This document shows, piece after piece, positions 1 to 9,521 of a DNA stretch of 64,000 bases. Positions within the stretch are counted from its first letter, which is position 1, and each line of letters starts with the position of its first letter. A program made the position numbers and the translations under genes. The stretch covers positions 1,841 to 65,840 of the forward strand of contig NW_005434477.1 of NCBI RefSeq assembly GCF_000315625.1, read 5' to 3'. The notes beneath the pieces are model-generated. The model was given only the letters and a program-made list of their open reading frames with translations. It had not been told where the DNA came from and ran no database searches. This DNA comes from Guillardia theta CCMP2712 (lineage: Eukaryota; Protista; Cryptophyta).

Positions 1-80
<80 letters not shown>
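1..80. repeat. (TGA)n/(ATG)n microsatellite, probably intronic
   Basis: Perfect tga repeat from base 1 to about 80; the poly-Met ORF is an artefact of it. Confidence 0.95.
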
Positions 81-81
<1 letters not shown>

Positions 82-131
82 CCATACCCCTTATATCCTT
101 TCATGCTGACATTTTGACGGATGTTGCTCAG

Positions 132-272
132 GACAATGTGGATCTTAGACAGAACCTCCAGGTCAGACAAGTTTGTCGCTGTGAACTAGTTTTGACGGTT
201 GGCCGATAGGATGCGAAGAGTGAGAACGACATGCAATCTGTTCTCGATACTCTTCGAGAGCGGAGGAGATGA
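132..272 (+). CDS. 3' end (last two exons) of a gene entering from the left; hypothetical protein
   Basis: ag|GACAAT...CTCCAG|gtcaga (intron 162-209) tag|GATGCG...AGATGA gives DNVDLRQNLQ-DAKSENDMQSVLDTLRERRR*; canonical splice sites with tgac branch motifs. Confidence 0.55.
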
Positions 273-513
273 CGGTGAGAGGATGGAGAGCGAGTTGTGG
301 GTCAGTATCAGCAACTGATAGGATCATGATAAACTACATTCATTCATTCCTCATCAAGTCAAGTTGACTCTGTTACATTGATTGTGCTATGCTATGTCCG
401 CGACAGTCACCAGTTGACCATTGCCAAAAAAACAAGCGAGCACTTCAACCTCATGAATACTCATGAACACTTCCTCCTCTTCGTCCATTCTCCTCCTCAT
501 CGCATCCTCCTCT

Positions 514-1083
514 TCATCGCCGCAAGTTCAAGTACATGGGCTGAGCATGGCAGTGTTCGGGGATCAACCCCTTGCTGCTCACATGCATCGACCCTCTGGA
601 GATGTCCTTGAGACTATCTCTTCGCTTGATCCCTGACCTCGACTTGTTCGAGAAGGTGGTTGTCGAGGAGGACGAGGAGGAGGAGGAGGATATGGTAGTC
701 GTCGAGGCCGAGGGGCGCCTTGACTTGCTCCATGATTCATACTCGGCGATGCTTCCATACGTCGAGTCAGACGTCGACATTCTGCGCGAGGAAGTGGAGC
801 TGGTCCTTGCGATCCCCTTGCTGGAGATCATCTCGAGAGCTTTCATCGACCTTTCCTCCATCTTCTTGACGTAGTCCTCTGATCTCCTTCCTGATGATGT
901 ACGCTCAAACACGTTGCTCTCGCTTTTGCTTTGCGCCATGAATGCCCGGGACCTGGCGATGTGATCGGGCTTGTCAATAGCCCCGGCGGCCTCAACGGCG
1001 ATGCTGGACACGGAGCCGGATCGGCTAATCCTAGATCGAGGCTGCGGTGGGCTTCGAGATTCACTTGCCCTGTCGTATGACAT
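514..1083 (-). CDS. Ser/Arg-rich low-complexity hypothetical protein (single exon, ~189 aa)
   Basis: ORF from ATG 1083 (MSYDRASESRSPPQ...) to stop 514 with coding-like GC3; no recognisable domain. Confidence 0.55.
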   Translation of the reverse strand: MSYDRASESRSPPQPRSRISRSGSVSSIAVEAAGAIDKPDHIARSRAFMAQSKSESNVFERTSSGRRSEDYVKKMEERSMKALEMISSKGIARTSSTSSRRMSTSDSTYGSIAEYESWSKSRRPSASTTTISSSSSSSSSTTTFSNKSRSGIKRRDSLKDISRGSMHVSSKGLIPEHCHAQPMYLNLRR

Positions 1084-1269
1084 GATCGACTTGATGTCCG
1101 TGAAGAGTTGACGGATGAACAGGAGAGGAAGCTGGTGGGACAACTTAGACGAGCTGAGACCAGAAAGGGGCTCGAAAGGAAGTGAAAGGAGAGGAGGAGG
1201 AGGCGGAGGCGGAGGCGGAGGAGGAGGATGAGGCGGGTGTCGAGGAGGAGGATCTGAAAATACCTAGCT

Positions 1270-2990
1270 GCCTTCGGCTAATATATACAAAGTATATACA
1301 ATAATGAGACGTTCCGACAGCAAGGGGTGGGTACTCAAGGGGAAACAACCACAGAGGTGGGTGAGTTGTAGCTGCACGGGTTATTTTAAGTGTATTCACA
1401 TGGGAAATAAGGGGGTAGGGGCTCACCTTGTTAACAACCGAGGGGTTATACAAAATAAACATTCAAGATCATGAGTCTGCCAGGGGTGGGTAGGGATTAT
1501 AACCAACCCTACCCCACCCCACAAAACTATTGTTTAACTTCCCGCCATAACCCTACCCTTCTTTATCCCTGTGAGTACCCACGATTATAGGAGATTCATC
1601 CGTCATGTACTAACCACCCCACCTACCCACCTCAATAAACATCGGCGTACGTTCCGAGCATATTTGTAAAGAATGTTCCGTATGGTCCACCGGGACCCCT
1701 CATGGTTATTACCCCACCCCTTCTAGATCACAGAAGTAGAAGTAATATGGACCGGTTGCTTGAAGTTGTGATGACCCCCATGACCCCAGCCGGTCTCCCC
1801 ACGAGCCGAGGGCATTCCCGCACCAGTTATGCCAAGGGATCACTGAAGTGTGTAGTCTGCGTCGGGGGTGGGGTGGGGGCGGAGGGGGTAGTCGGAGTCG
1901 GAGACCCGAGTCGGGGGTCACCTGCTATGGGGGTGTGGTAGGTCACCGAATTGTGGCTGGAAAAGGAGTAGAAGGGGGTGGTACTACCGTATGACTTATC
2001 ACGCAGGTGCGAGGATAAAAGGGGTGGACCTTGACCCGTACCTCAGCGGCTGGGGGGGGGTACCTGGTACCGCGGAGAGGAGGGAACCGGGGGGGTCGTA
2101 AAACAAAAAAGGAGTCTGGGGGTACGTAGGTAAAGCGGTCAGGTACGTGACGTCCGCCTCCTCCTTTCGGGCTGCCGCGACCGTTCGCGATCGCAACGAT
2201 CGCGAAGTTTACAAGAAGTTGACTTTGAGCCAGTAGTAAACTCAAAAAAAAAGACTCGGAAAAAGAAAACCTCTGTAGCAGTCAAACTTCGGGGCCGGGG
2301 CCCGGCCCCGCCGGCCGGGCGGGCACTGAGGACTTCAACGCGGCCACCGCCCCCAGCCGCTGCCAGCCTTGACTCCGGGCCGGCGGCCGTAATAACTAGT
2401 AACCTCGACTCTCCTGATTGTCCTCGTACTGATTTTTAACTTAACTTTGAGTAAAGGTGGTAACTTGCCCAGGCTTCGGTTCTGGGATAAGAGTCAAGGG
2501 AAAGTTTATGAGGACGGTCACCGCCGGGTGAAGCTCCGTGGCACAGCGGCAGGTGCCCAGTGGCTACGTCCGATCACACTCAGTGTGATTCGCCGCGGCG
2601 GCCCGATGGTCGGATGTGTATGCTCACTGTTCGCCTTCGGCGGGCCGGGCGGACGCCGTTAACCGCCGGTGCCAGTGGCAAAGGTCTCCGCCGCCTAGTA
2701 CCGTAGGCTAGCCCGGCCGCCCGGGGCCCGCGCCGGCAACCGGCGGCGCCGGCTACTGAGGCCGGCACTGTTCCGACGGTGAGGCAGTAAGTTCAACTGT
2801 CAGCGGCTGCCACCGCCGTGCGGCCTGTCGGGACTCTCAGAGTCTGACCCCGGGTGACCGTACGGCCCCGGCGCCGTACGGTACCGGGCCGGGTTCGACG
2901 TCTCCGATCTGATCGGACCGTACTACGGTACTGAGTCACTGCTGAGTCAGCCATTCAGAGTTCAGCCGGCTGTCGCGGTTACCACTGCCT
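1270..2990. promoter_or_regulatory. Composite intergenic island 1: GGGGTA/TACCCC zone (~1270-2130) plus GC palindrome core (~2290-2990), between divergent genes
   Basis: Dense ggggtgggta/ctaccccacccc words, then ccggccgg, ccgtacgg, ggtacc, tgagtca words; no credible ORF. Regulatory role is inferred from position. Confidence 0.5.
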
Positions 2991-3012
2991 TGAGAACTTC
3001 TGACGTCCCTCC

Positions 3013-4040
3013 ATGCATCCCCGCGGTCTTGTGCTGCTAGTCGCCATGGCAGGGATGGAAATCGGCACTGCCTCCTGCTCCTCTGCGATGAATCATGCGG
3101 TGAGGAAGACGATGATCGAAGGAAGGAGAGGTTTCAGGCATGCGGAGGACTCCTCCCTGCCCACATTGAGCATGTAAGAGAAATACCCACCATTCCCCGC
3201 CCCTCTCCCTGCCTCTGCCCCCACCTGCACAGCTGATTTGAATGATGCAGGCGGCCATCCATCCTAAATTTTGGGAGCATGAGCCCTGGGCGACTTAACC
3301 TGCGCGGAGGTACCAAGATGGTCACGTTTCCTTGATCAGCATGACGTTAAAGTCGACAGGGAGCAGCAAGAAACACGAAGAGCTGCGCGACCTGTTGGTC
3401 CGCATCCTGCCTCCCTTCTTGAGCGCCCCCAGCAAACCTCTCATCGCAACCATCATGCGGCTTCACAGTTTCGCCGCTGTGATAGGAGGAGCGACCATGT
3501 ACCTCATGGCGATCTTTGGGCAGCGACAACTGGGCATGCTAGAATACGACAGCTCGCACCCAGCTTGTGTCCACCTGGCAAGGCTGAGCGGCTTGTTCTA
3601 CTGTGCTCTCGGGGCGATGGAGTTTGTTGCGAGCGGAGAGGTCAAGGAGGAGAACGAGGTGGGCCATGTTGAGCAGCGTGCGAGCAGTGCGATAGGGCAC
3701 GTGTGCTGGATGAGACGCCATCTGTTCTCACGTACGCTCATCTCCATCATGTTGACTTGGGTACCTGCAGGTCACATTCGGGAAGGTGTTTGTAGGATAC
3801 CACGTACCCCTGGTTGTTCTCTTCCCGCCTCCTTCAATCCCCTTGATTTCCTCCTCCTCCTCCTGCGTTCCCACCGCCTCCTCTCCTTCCCCTCATGCTG
3901 CTCCTGCTCATTCCATGGAGCAGGTCTTGACCTACGTGCATGACATCATGCAGCTGCACACAGGACCAGCATACAACCTCGTCACCGTCATCCCTGCCTC
4001 TTTCCTGCTCCTTGGGCTCGTCGCGCTGAACTGCTGCTGA
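3013..4040 (+). CDS. Multi-exon hypothetical membrane protein with N-terminal signal-like segment and LRGG motif
   Basis: MHPRGLVLLVAMAG... start; RLNLRG|G joined through intron 3310-3359 to SSKKHEELRDLLVRILPPF; several hydrophobic segments; ends ...LLLGLVALNCC* at 4040. 5' exon phases not fully resolved. Confidence 0.5.
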
Positions 4041-4241
4041 CTTTCTACTTTCCCTTTCGCCCTCTGTACAGTAATCTTCCTCTCGTGTTTCATTAATGCA
4101 CACATGCATGAAAGCATTTGTTACCATTATGATGTCACGCAATGTTTGCCTACCAGGCCTATCCAACGTGTTCTATCGTATTATTTACACGGCCAATTCA
4201 GTCCATTCAACATCCTCATTGTGACAGCCGCTGATCTCCTG

Positions 4242-4676
4242 TCATGTAGGCGTTTCATACTTCATCAGAGATGTAAACTTCCTCCCTGCAGCTGCAGCCC
4301 TCCCGCAGACTCTCCTCCTCTCCTCCTCCGGATCCCGGGACTCCGGTCTCATCCACCAAAACAACGCAAGGACGTTGTCTCCGAAGATCGTCACGCCGAA
4401 CATCCAAGGGACCAGGAGGATCAGGATAGCGGCAACGACGGCGTCGTACACCAACGACTCTCCTGACACGCTGACGGCTGAGACGGCCTGGTTGTACCTG
4501 TGCTGCAATGTTTCCTTTGCCTCCCCCCTGCTCGAGATCCAGCGATGGATTTGAATGCAGACAAGCAGCCCCCCGAGAACGCACAGGCCGACAGCGATCA
4601 AGACGGCTCGCGCTAAGCTAAGGCACACAAGGATCTGCACCGCGCGCTGAATCCTCGAATCCTGCTGCATCATCAT
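4242..4676 (-). CDS. Hypothetical small membrane protein
   Basis: MMMQQDSRIQRAVQILVCLSLARAVLIAVGLCVLGGLLVCIQ...VVAAILILLVPWMFG... with 2-3 TM-like stretches; true start may be upstream. Confidence 0.45.
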   Translation of the reverse strand: MMMQQDSRIQRAVQILVCLSLARAVLIAVGLCVLGGLLVCIQIHRWISSRGEAKETLQHRYNQAVSAVSVSGESLVYDAVVAAILILLVPWMFGVTIFGDNVLALFWWMRPESRDPEEERRRVCGRAAAAGRKFTSLMKYETPT

Positions 4677-4714
4677 CGAGTTGTCGAAAGTTGGAGAGAG
4701 GAGGAGAGGGCGAG

Positions 4715-4715
<1 letters not shown>

Positions 4716-4756
<41 letters not shown>

Positions 4757-5026
4757 TGAGCAGTCTACACATGAAATGGTGAGTGGGGGCTGGGAGGGGG
4801 TTAATAGCGACTGCGACTTTGACGGGATTGGAACGGAAATGGAAGCAAAGGACAAACGAATGGCAGGTAGGCAGGATGAACAAAAAATTGATCTCCCTCT
4901 CATGGTGAATTCCTTCCAATGTAGAAGAAGTTTCTGCATATTTGTCGTCCTTGTTTTGCCCACAATGAATCAATGACACAACCTCGACGTTATGTCGTCG
5001 GAACCTCTAGCCACTCCAGCCACACA

Positions 5027-5075
<49 letters not shown>
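4716..5075. repeat. (GAGCAG)n at 4716-4756 and (CTCCTG)n at 5029-5075
   Basis: Hexamer tandem repeats read directly; same motif in opposite orientations. Confidence 0.9.
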
Positions 5076-5095
5076 CGCGCCTCGCGCCTGCGCCT

Positions 5096-5604
5096 NNNNN
5101 NNNNNNNNNNNNNNNNNNNNNNNNNNNNNNNNNNNNNNNNNNNNNNNNNNNNNNNNNNNNNNNNNNNNNNNNNNNNNNNNNNNNNNNNNNNNNNNNNNNN
5201 NNNNNNNNNNNNNNNNNNNNNNNNNNNNNNNNNNNNNNNNNNNNNNNNNNNNNNNNNNNNNNNNNNNNNNNNNNNNNNNNNNNNNNNNNNNNNNNNNNNN
5301 NNNNNNNNNNNNNNNNNNNNNNNNNNNNNNNNNNNNNNNNNNNNNNNNNNNNNNNNNNNNNNNNNNNNNNNNNNNNNNNNNNNNNNNNNNNNNNNNNNNN
5401 NNNNNNNNNNNNNNNNNNNNNNNNNNNNNNNNNNNNNNNNNNNNNNNNNNNNNNNNNNNNNNNNNNNNNNNNNNNNNNNNNNNNNNNNNNNNNNNNNNNN
5501 NNNNNNNNNNNNNNNNNNNNNNNNNNNNNNNNNNNNNNNNNNNNNNNNNNNNNNNNNNNNNNNNNNNNNNNNNNNNNNNNNNNNNNNNNNNNNNNNNNNN
5601 NNNN
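5096..5604. other. Assembly gap (N run)
   Basis: Run of n. Confidence 1.
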
Positions 5605-6640
5605 GAGTACCGTATAGTGACGGTACGGTACGGGGTACGGTCACCCGGGGGCCGATAATGCCGGCAAGGAATCCAGCCTAGCCTAGTACTACGGTAGGTC
5701 TCAGTCTGACTCAGAGCCCGGGCCCCGCGGCGGCGGCCGCGCGCGTCGGGCGGCCCCGAGTCACCGGCGCCGTTGGTACCGTACCGTTGCCAGCCGCTAA
5801 GCCTGGCTAGGCCGCTGAGCGGCGGCCGGGCGGCAGTGCCGGGCGAAAGCTGCACTGCCACGATCTTGGGCCACCGTCAGGGCCGGGCAGCCAGGCGGCT
5901 CCGGCCGGGCCGCAGACCCAGCCTCCGACTCCGAGTCCCGAGTCCCGGCGGGCCCGGCCGGGCTGCCGCGCGGCGGCTGAGCCTGAGTGCCGTTTGAATC
6001 ATTGTGACTCAGTGAGTTGGACCCCGGCGGGCCGCCCCGGCGGCCGCGCTCACTGCCAGCCGCCTGAAGCGCTTAACTGAGCCGATTGACTGGACCGGTG
6101 GTGTAAATTTTACAGGGGTACTATATGGAACAACAATTAGTGGATAGGTAGGTAGGGTTCATCTTTATTTCATAGGGGTGGTTTTTTATGTGGGGTGGGT
6201 GTTGAAATTTCAAACAGTTTGAAGGCAAGGCTGAAACTTTCTTCGAGTCGACGTGGATCTCCTACCCCACCCACCATATTCATTGAGAAGAGACCCGGTA
6301 CTCTATTGATGTAATGGTACAAAACTCTGTAGTGAAGCTTTAGTTAATACTTGTGAAATCATTTCAGGTGAAAGATGAAAGTCACTACTCTGAAGAATCA
6401 AGTTCGCATTTTATCTTCAAATTTTATTTGTGAAAATTTCAAATATTCTCGGAAGCATCTGAATAATATTTGTAATGTTTGATCAATTTCAGATTTCGGG
6501 CATATATTTCAACTGTATCTCAAACGATGTTCACACACCTTGAGATTCAAATTTCATCATGAAATTTCAAATTCATCGAAAAAAAGAATCTGCATGCATG
6601 TTGACGGATGGAGGAATCGGAAGGGGGGTGGGCTCAGCAC
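5605..6640. promoter_or_regulatory. Composite intergenic island 2: GC palindrome core (5605-6100), GGGGTA zone (6110-6300), AT-rich TTCAA/TTGAA zone (6300-6600)
   Basis: gtaccgta/cggtacgg, ccggccgg, ccgagtcccgagtc words, then ggggta/ggtaggg words; upstream of Sec61 alpha and of the minus-strand gene. Confidence 0.5.
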
Positions 6641-7506
6641 ACGTATGAAGTGAGGTGATGAATTGTCATACTATATATTACTCAAATAATTCAATAGTTG
6701 AAATAAGTGTTACCACAACGTTGTATAGAAAGTACCTCAAAATAATGAGTAATATTTGGTACGTATTTTTGAGATAAAAGTGTTTTGTAGATGGTTATTG
6801 GGGGGTTGTTTGCACAAATTGACGTGGTAGGAGAAGACCCGTACCGGTCAATGGGAAACCCATCGGCCCCCAGAGGCTGACGATGGCAGTGAAGGATTTG
6901 AGGCGATGGTGTTGCGGGGCAACGAGATGGCGGGAGAGGAGAGCGAAGGAGGGAGGAGATCATGGAAGGAGAGAAGATGGGACAGGATACAGCTGAGGAG
7001 AAGAGATTGGGAGACAGGAGGATATGCGAGAAGGGAGGAACATCGAAAACAGCTGTCTTGAGTATGCTGGATTGATATGGAATGTAGAGGAAAAGGTGGA
7101 GAGGTCCTCGAGATTGAGCAGGGGAATCATCGAAAGTGAAACTAAGAAGGCACGGAGATCTTCTGATCTAACAAGAATCACTGTTACAGTGAACAAATTC
7201 CAAGTCAGTTCAGGAAAGGCTAGAAAGTCAGTTCGAACCGTCAAGCATGGGAAAACATAGCAAGCTGGTCAAAAACAGGAGAGGAAACTTGAGGCAGTGC
7301 ATATTGGATTGTTTGGCACATGAACACCTAGGATGATCCGGTTCCATTGTATTGAAGAGCTTCAGAGGAGTTGGAAGAATGCTTTATTTTGGCAAGTCAG
7401 CCATTAACCCAATGATGATAGACAGCTACATTTCAAACAGCAAGCAGTTCGTCCCATTCACGTTCTATGACAGGTTGCTGCTCTGTGAGGAAACAAGAGC
7501 GTCAAG

Positions 7507-9261
7507 ATGAGCAGCACCAAGGGAGGTAACGCCGCTGCTGTTCATGCTTCCTGGCCCTGTATGTGACCTGCCGTGCACAGTTCGCTTCCTCAGTCTTGTG
7601 AAGCCGTTCATGTTCATCCTCCCTGAGGTCACCTCTTCGCAGAAGAAGGTACGCTTCTCCATCCCTCCACCCCCCTCCCATCCCCCCGTGTCCCATATCA
7701 TCCCTCCTCGTCAACTGAACACCTCCTATTCCTCGTGTGTCCTTCGCTTCATTCTTCCTCCCTGACCCTCATCGCTTCAAGGTGCCCATCAAGGAGAAGA
7801 TCTTGTGGACCATGATCACGCTCTTCATCTACCTCGTCTGTTGCCAAATCCCCTGTACGGCATCTCAAACTCGAAATCGTCGGATCCTTTCTACTGGATG
7901 CGCGTTATCTTGGCATCGAACAAAGGGACGTTGATGGAGCTGGGTATCAGCCCGGTCGTCACCTCCGGCCTCATCATGCAGCTCCTTGCTGGCTCCAGGA
8001 TCATCGACGTTGACCAGGGAACCAAGGAGGACAAGACTCTGTTCCAGGGAGCCCAGAAGCTCCTCGGTATCCTCATCACCATCGTCGAGGCCGTGGCCTA
8101 CGTGCTCTCGGGCATGTACGGAGACGTCAGGGATCTCGGAGCCGGCAATGCCATCCTCCTCATCGCCCAGCTCTTCACTGCGGGTATCCTTGTGATCTGC
8201 CTGGATGAGCTCCTGCAGAAGGGGTACGGCCTTGGGTCGGCCATCTCGCTCTTCATCGCCACCAACGTCTGCGAGACGATCATCTGGAAGTCTTTCAGCC
8301 CAACCACCATCAACACAGGACGAGGAACCGAGTTCGAGGGCGCCCTGATCGCTCTGTTCCACCTGCTGGTGACGAAGCAGGACAAGGTCAGGGCCCTCCA
8401 GGAGGCGTTCTACCGCCAGAACCTGCCCAACGTGACCAACCTGTTGGCTACTGTGCTTGTCTTCGTCCTGGTCGTCTACTTCCAGGGGTTCAGGGTCGAG
8501 CTTCCTGTGAAGCACGCGAAGCAGAAGAGCGGGCAGGGGAGCTATCCCATCAAGCTGTTCTACACCAGCAACATCCCCATCATCCTCCAGACTGCCTTGG
8601 TCTCCAACTTGTACTTCATCTCTCAGATCCTGTACAAGAGGTACCCGGAGAACATCTTCATCCACCTTCTCGGACGCTGGGAGGAGCCGGAGATGTCCAT
8701 GTCGGGGCAGATGAGGCCTGTCGGCGGTCTCGCTTACTACGTATCCCCTCCCAACAGCTTCACGGACATTCTCTCGGATCCCTTTCACGCCATCTTCTAC
8801 ATCGTCTTCATCCTCACTGCCTGCGCTCTGTTCTCCAGGACCTGGATCCATGTTTCCGGCTCCTCGGCCTCGGACGTGTCGAAGCAGCTCAGGGACCAGC
8901 AGATGGTGATGATGGGACATCGATCCGGCTCCATGCAGAAGCTCCTCAACCGCTACATCCCCACCGCCGCTGCCTTCGGTGGCATGTGCATCGGTGCTCT
9001 GACCATCATCGCCGACTTCATGGGTGAGGAGGAGGAGGAGAGAAGGGGTGAAGAGCGTGTTGATGTCGACTTGTTGATGTTGATGTTGATGTTGAGGAGG
9101 AAGATGAGAAAGTATGTGTCAGCAGTTGTTGACATGATGGTGCAGGTGCTATCGGCTCGGGAACTGGAATTCTTCTGGCAGTGACGACCATCTACTCTGT
9201 GTATGAGACTGTCGTTAAGGAGAGCAGCGAGTTGGGATCTCTCAATCTCCTCCGCTTTTGA
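7507..9261 (+). CDS. SEC61A: Protein transport protein Sec61 subunit alpha (introns ~7526-7580, 7649-7781, 9024-9145; apparent 1-nt frameshift near 7851)
   Basis: Diagnostic peptides [132 protein letters not shown]. Confidence 0.97.
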
Positions 9262-9521
9262 GTTTGTAAATCAATCAAACAAGTCAGTCAGTCAGCATGT
9301 CTCGTTCAACATCCCTCGCTGCTTTCCTCCTCTCTCGCTCGCTCGTTCCCTCTCTCACACACACACTCTCTCTTTCACTCCCTGTCGCTCTCTGATTTCT
9401 CTATTACCACCTCTCCCTCTTCCTGGATCATTCAGTTTCATTTTCCTCCTCTTCCTACATGGAAAGAATTCGTTTCATGGATGTCTGTCAGTTTTTATGT
9501 TTCTGTACATGCGGGAAAACT

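Noticed and set aside
4970-5861. Long ORFs spanning the first N gap (and 9459-10703 across the second)
   Set aside because: Artefacts of N translation and flanking microsatellites.
7865-8920. 351-aa antisense ORF to Sec61 (and 464-aa antisense ORF to the HECT gene at 10759-12153)
   Set aside because: Shadow ORFs expected from high-GC3 codon usage on the opposite strand; no domain features.
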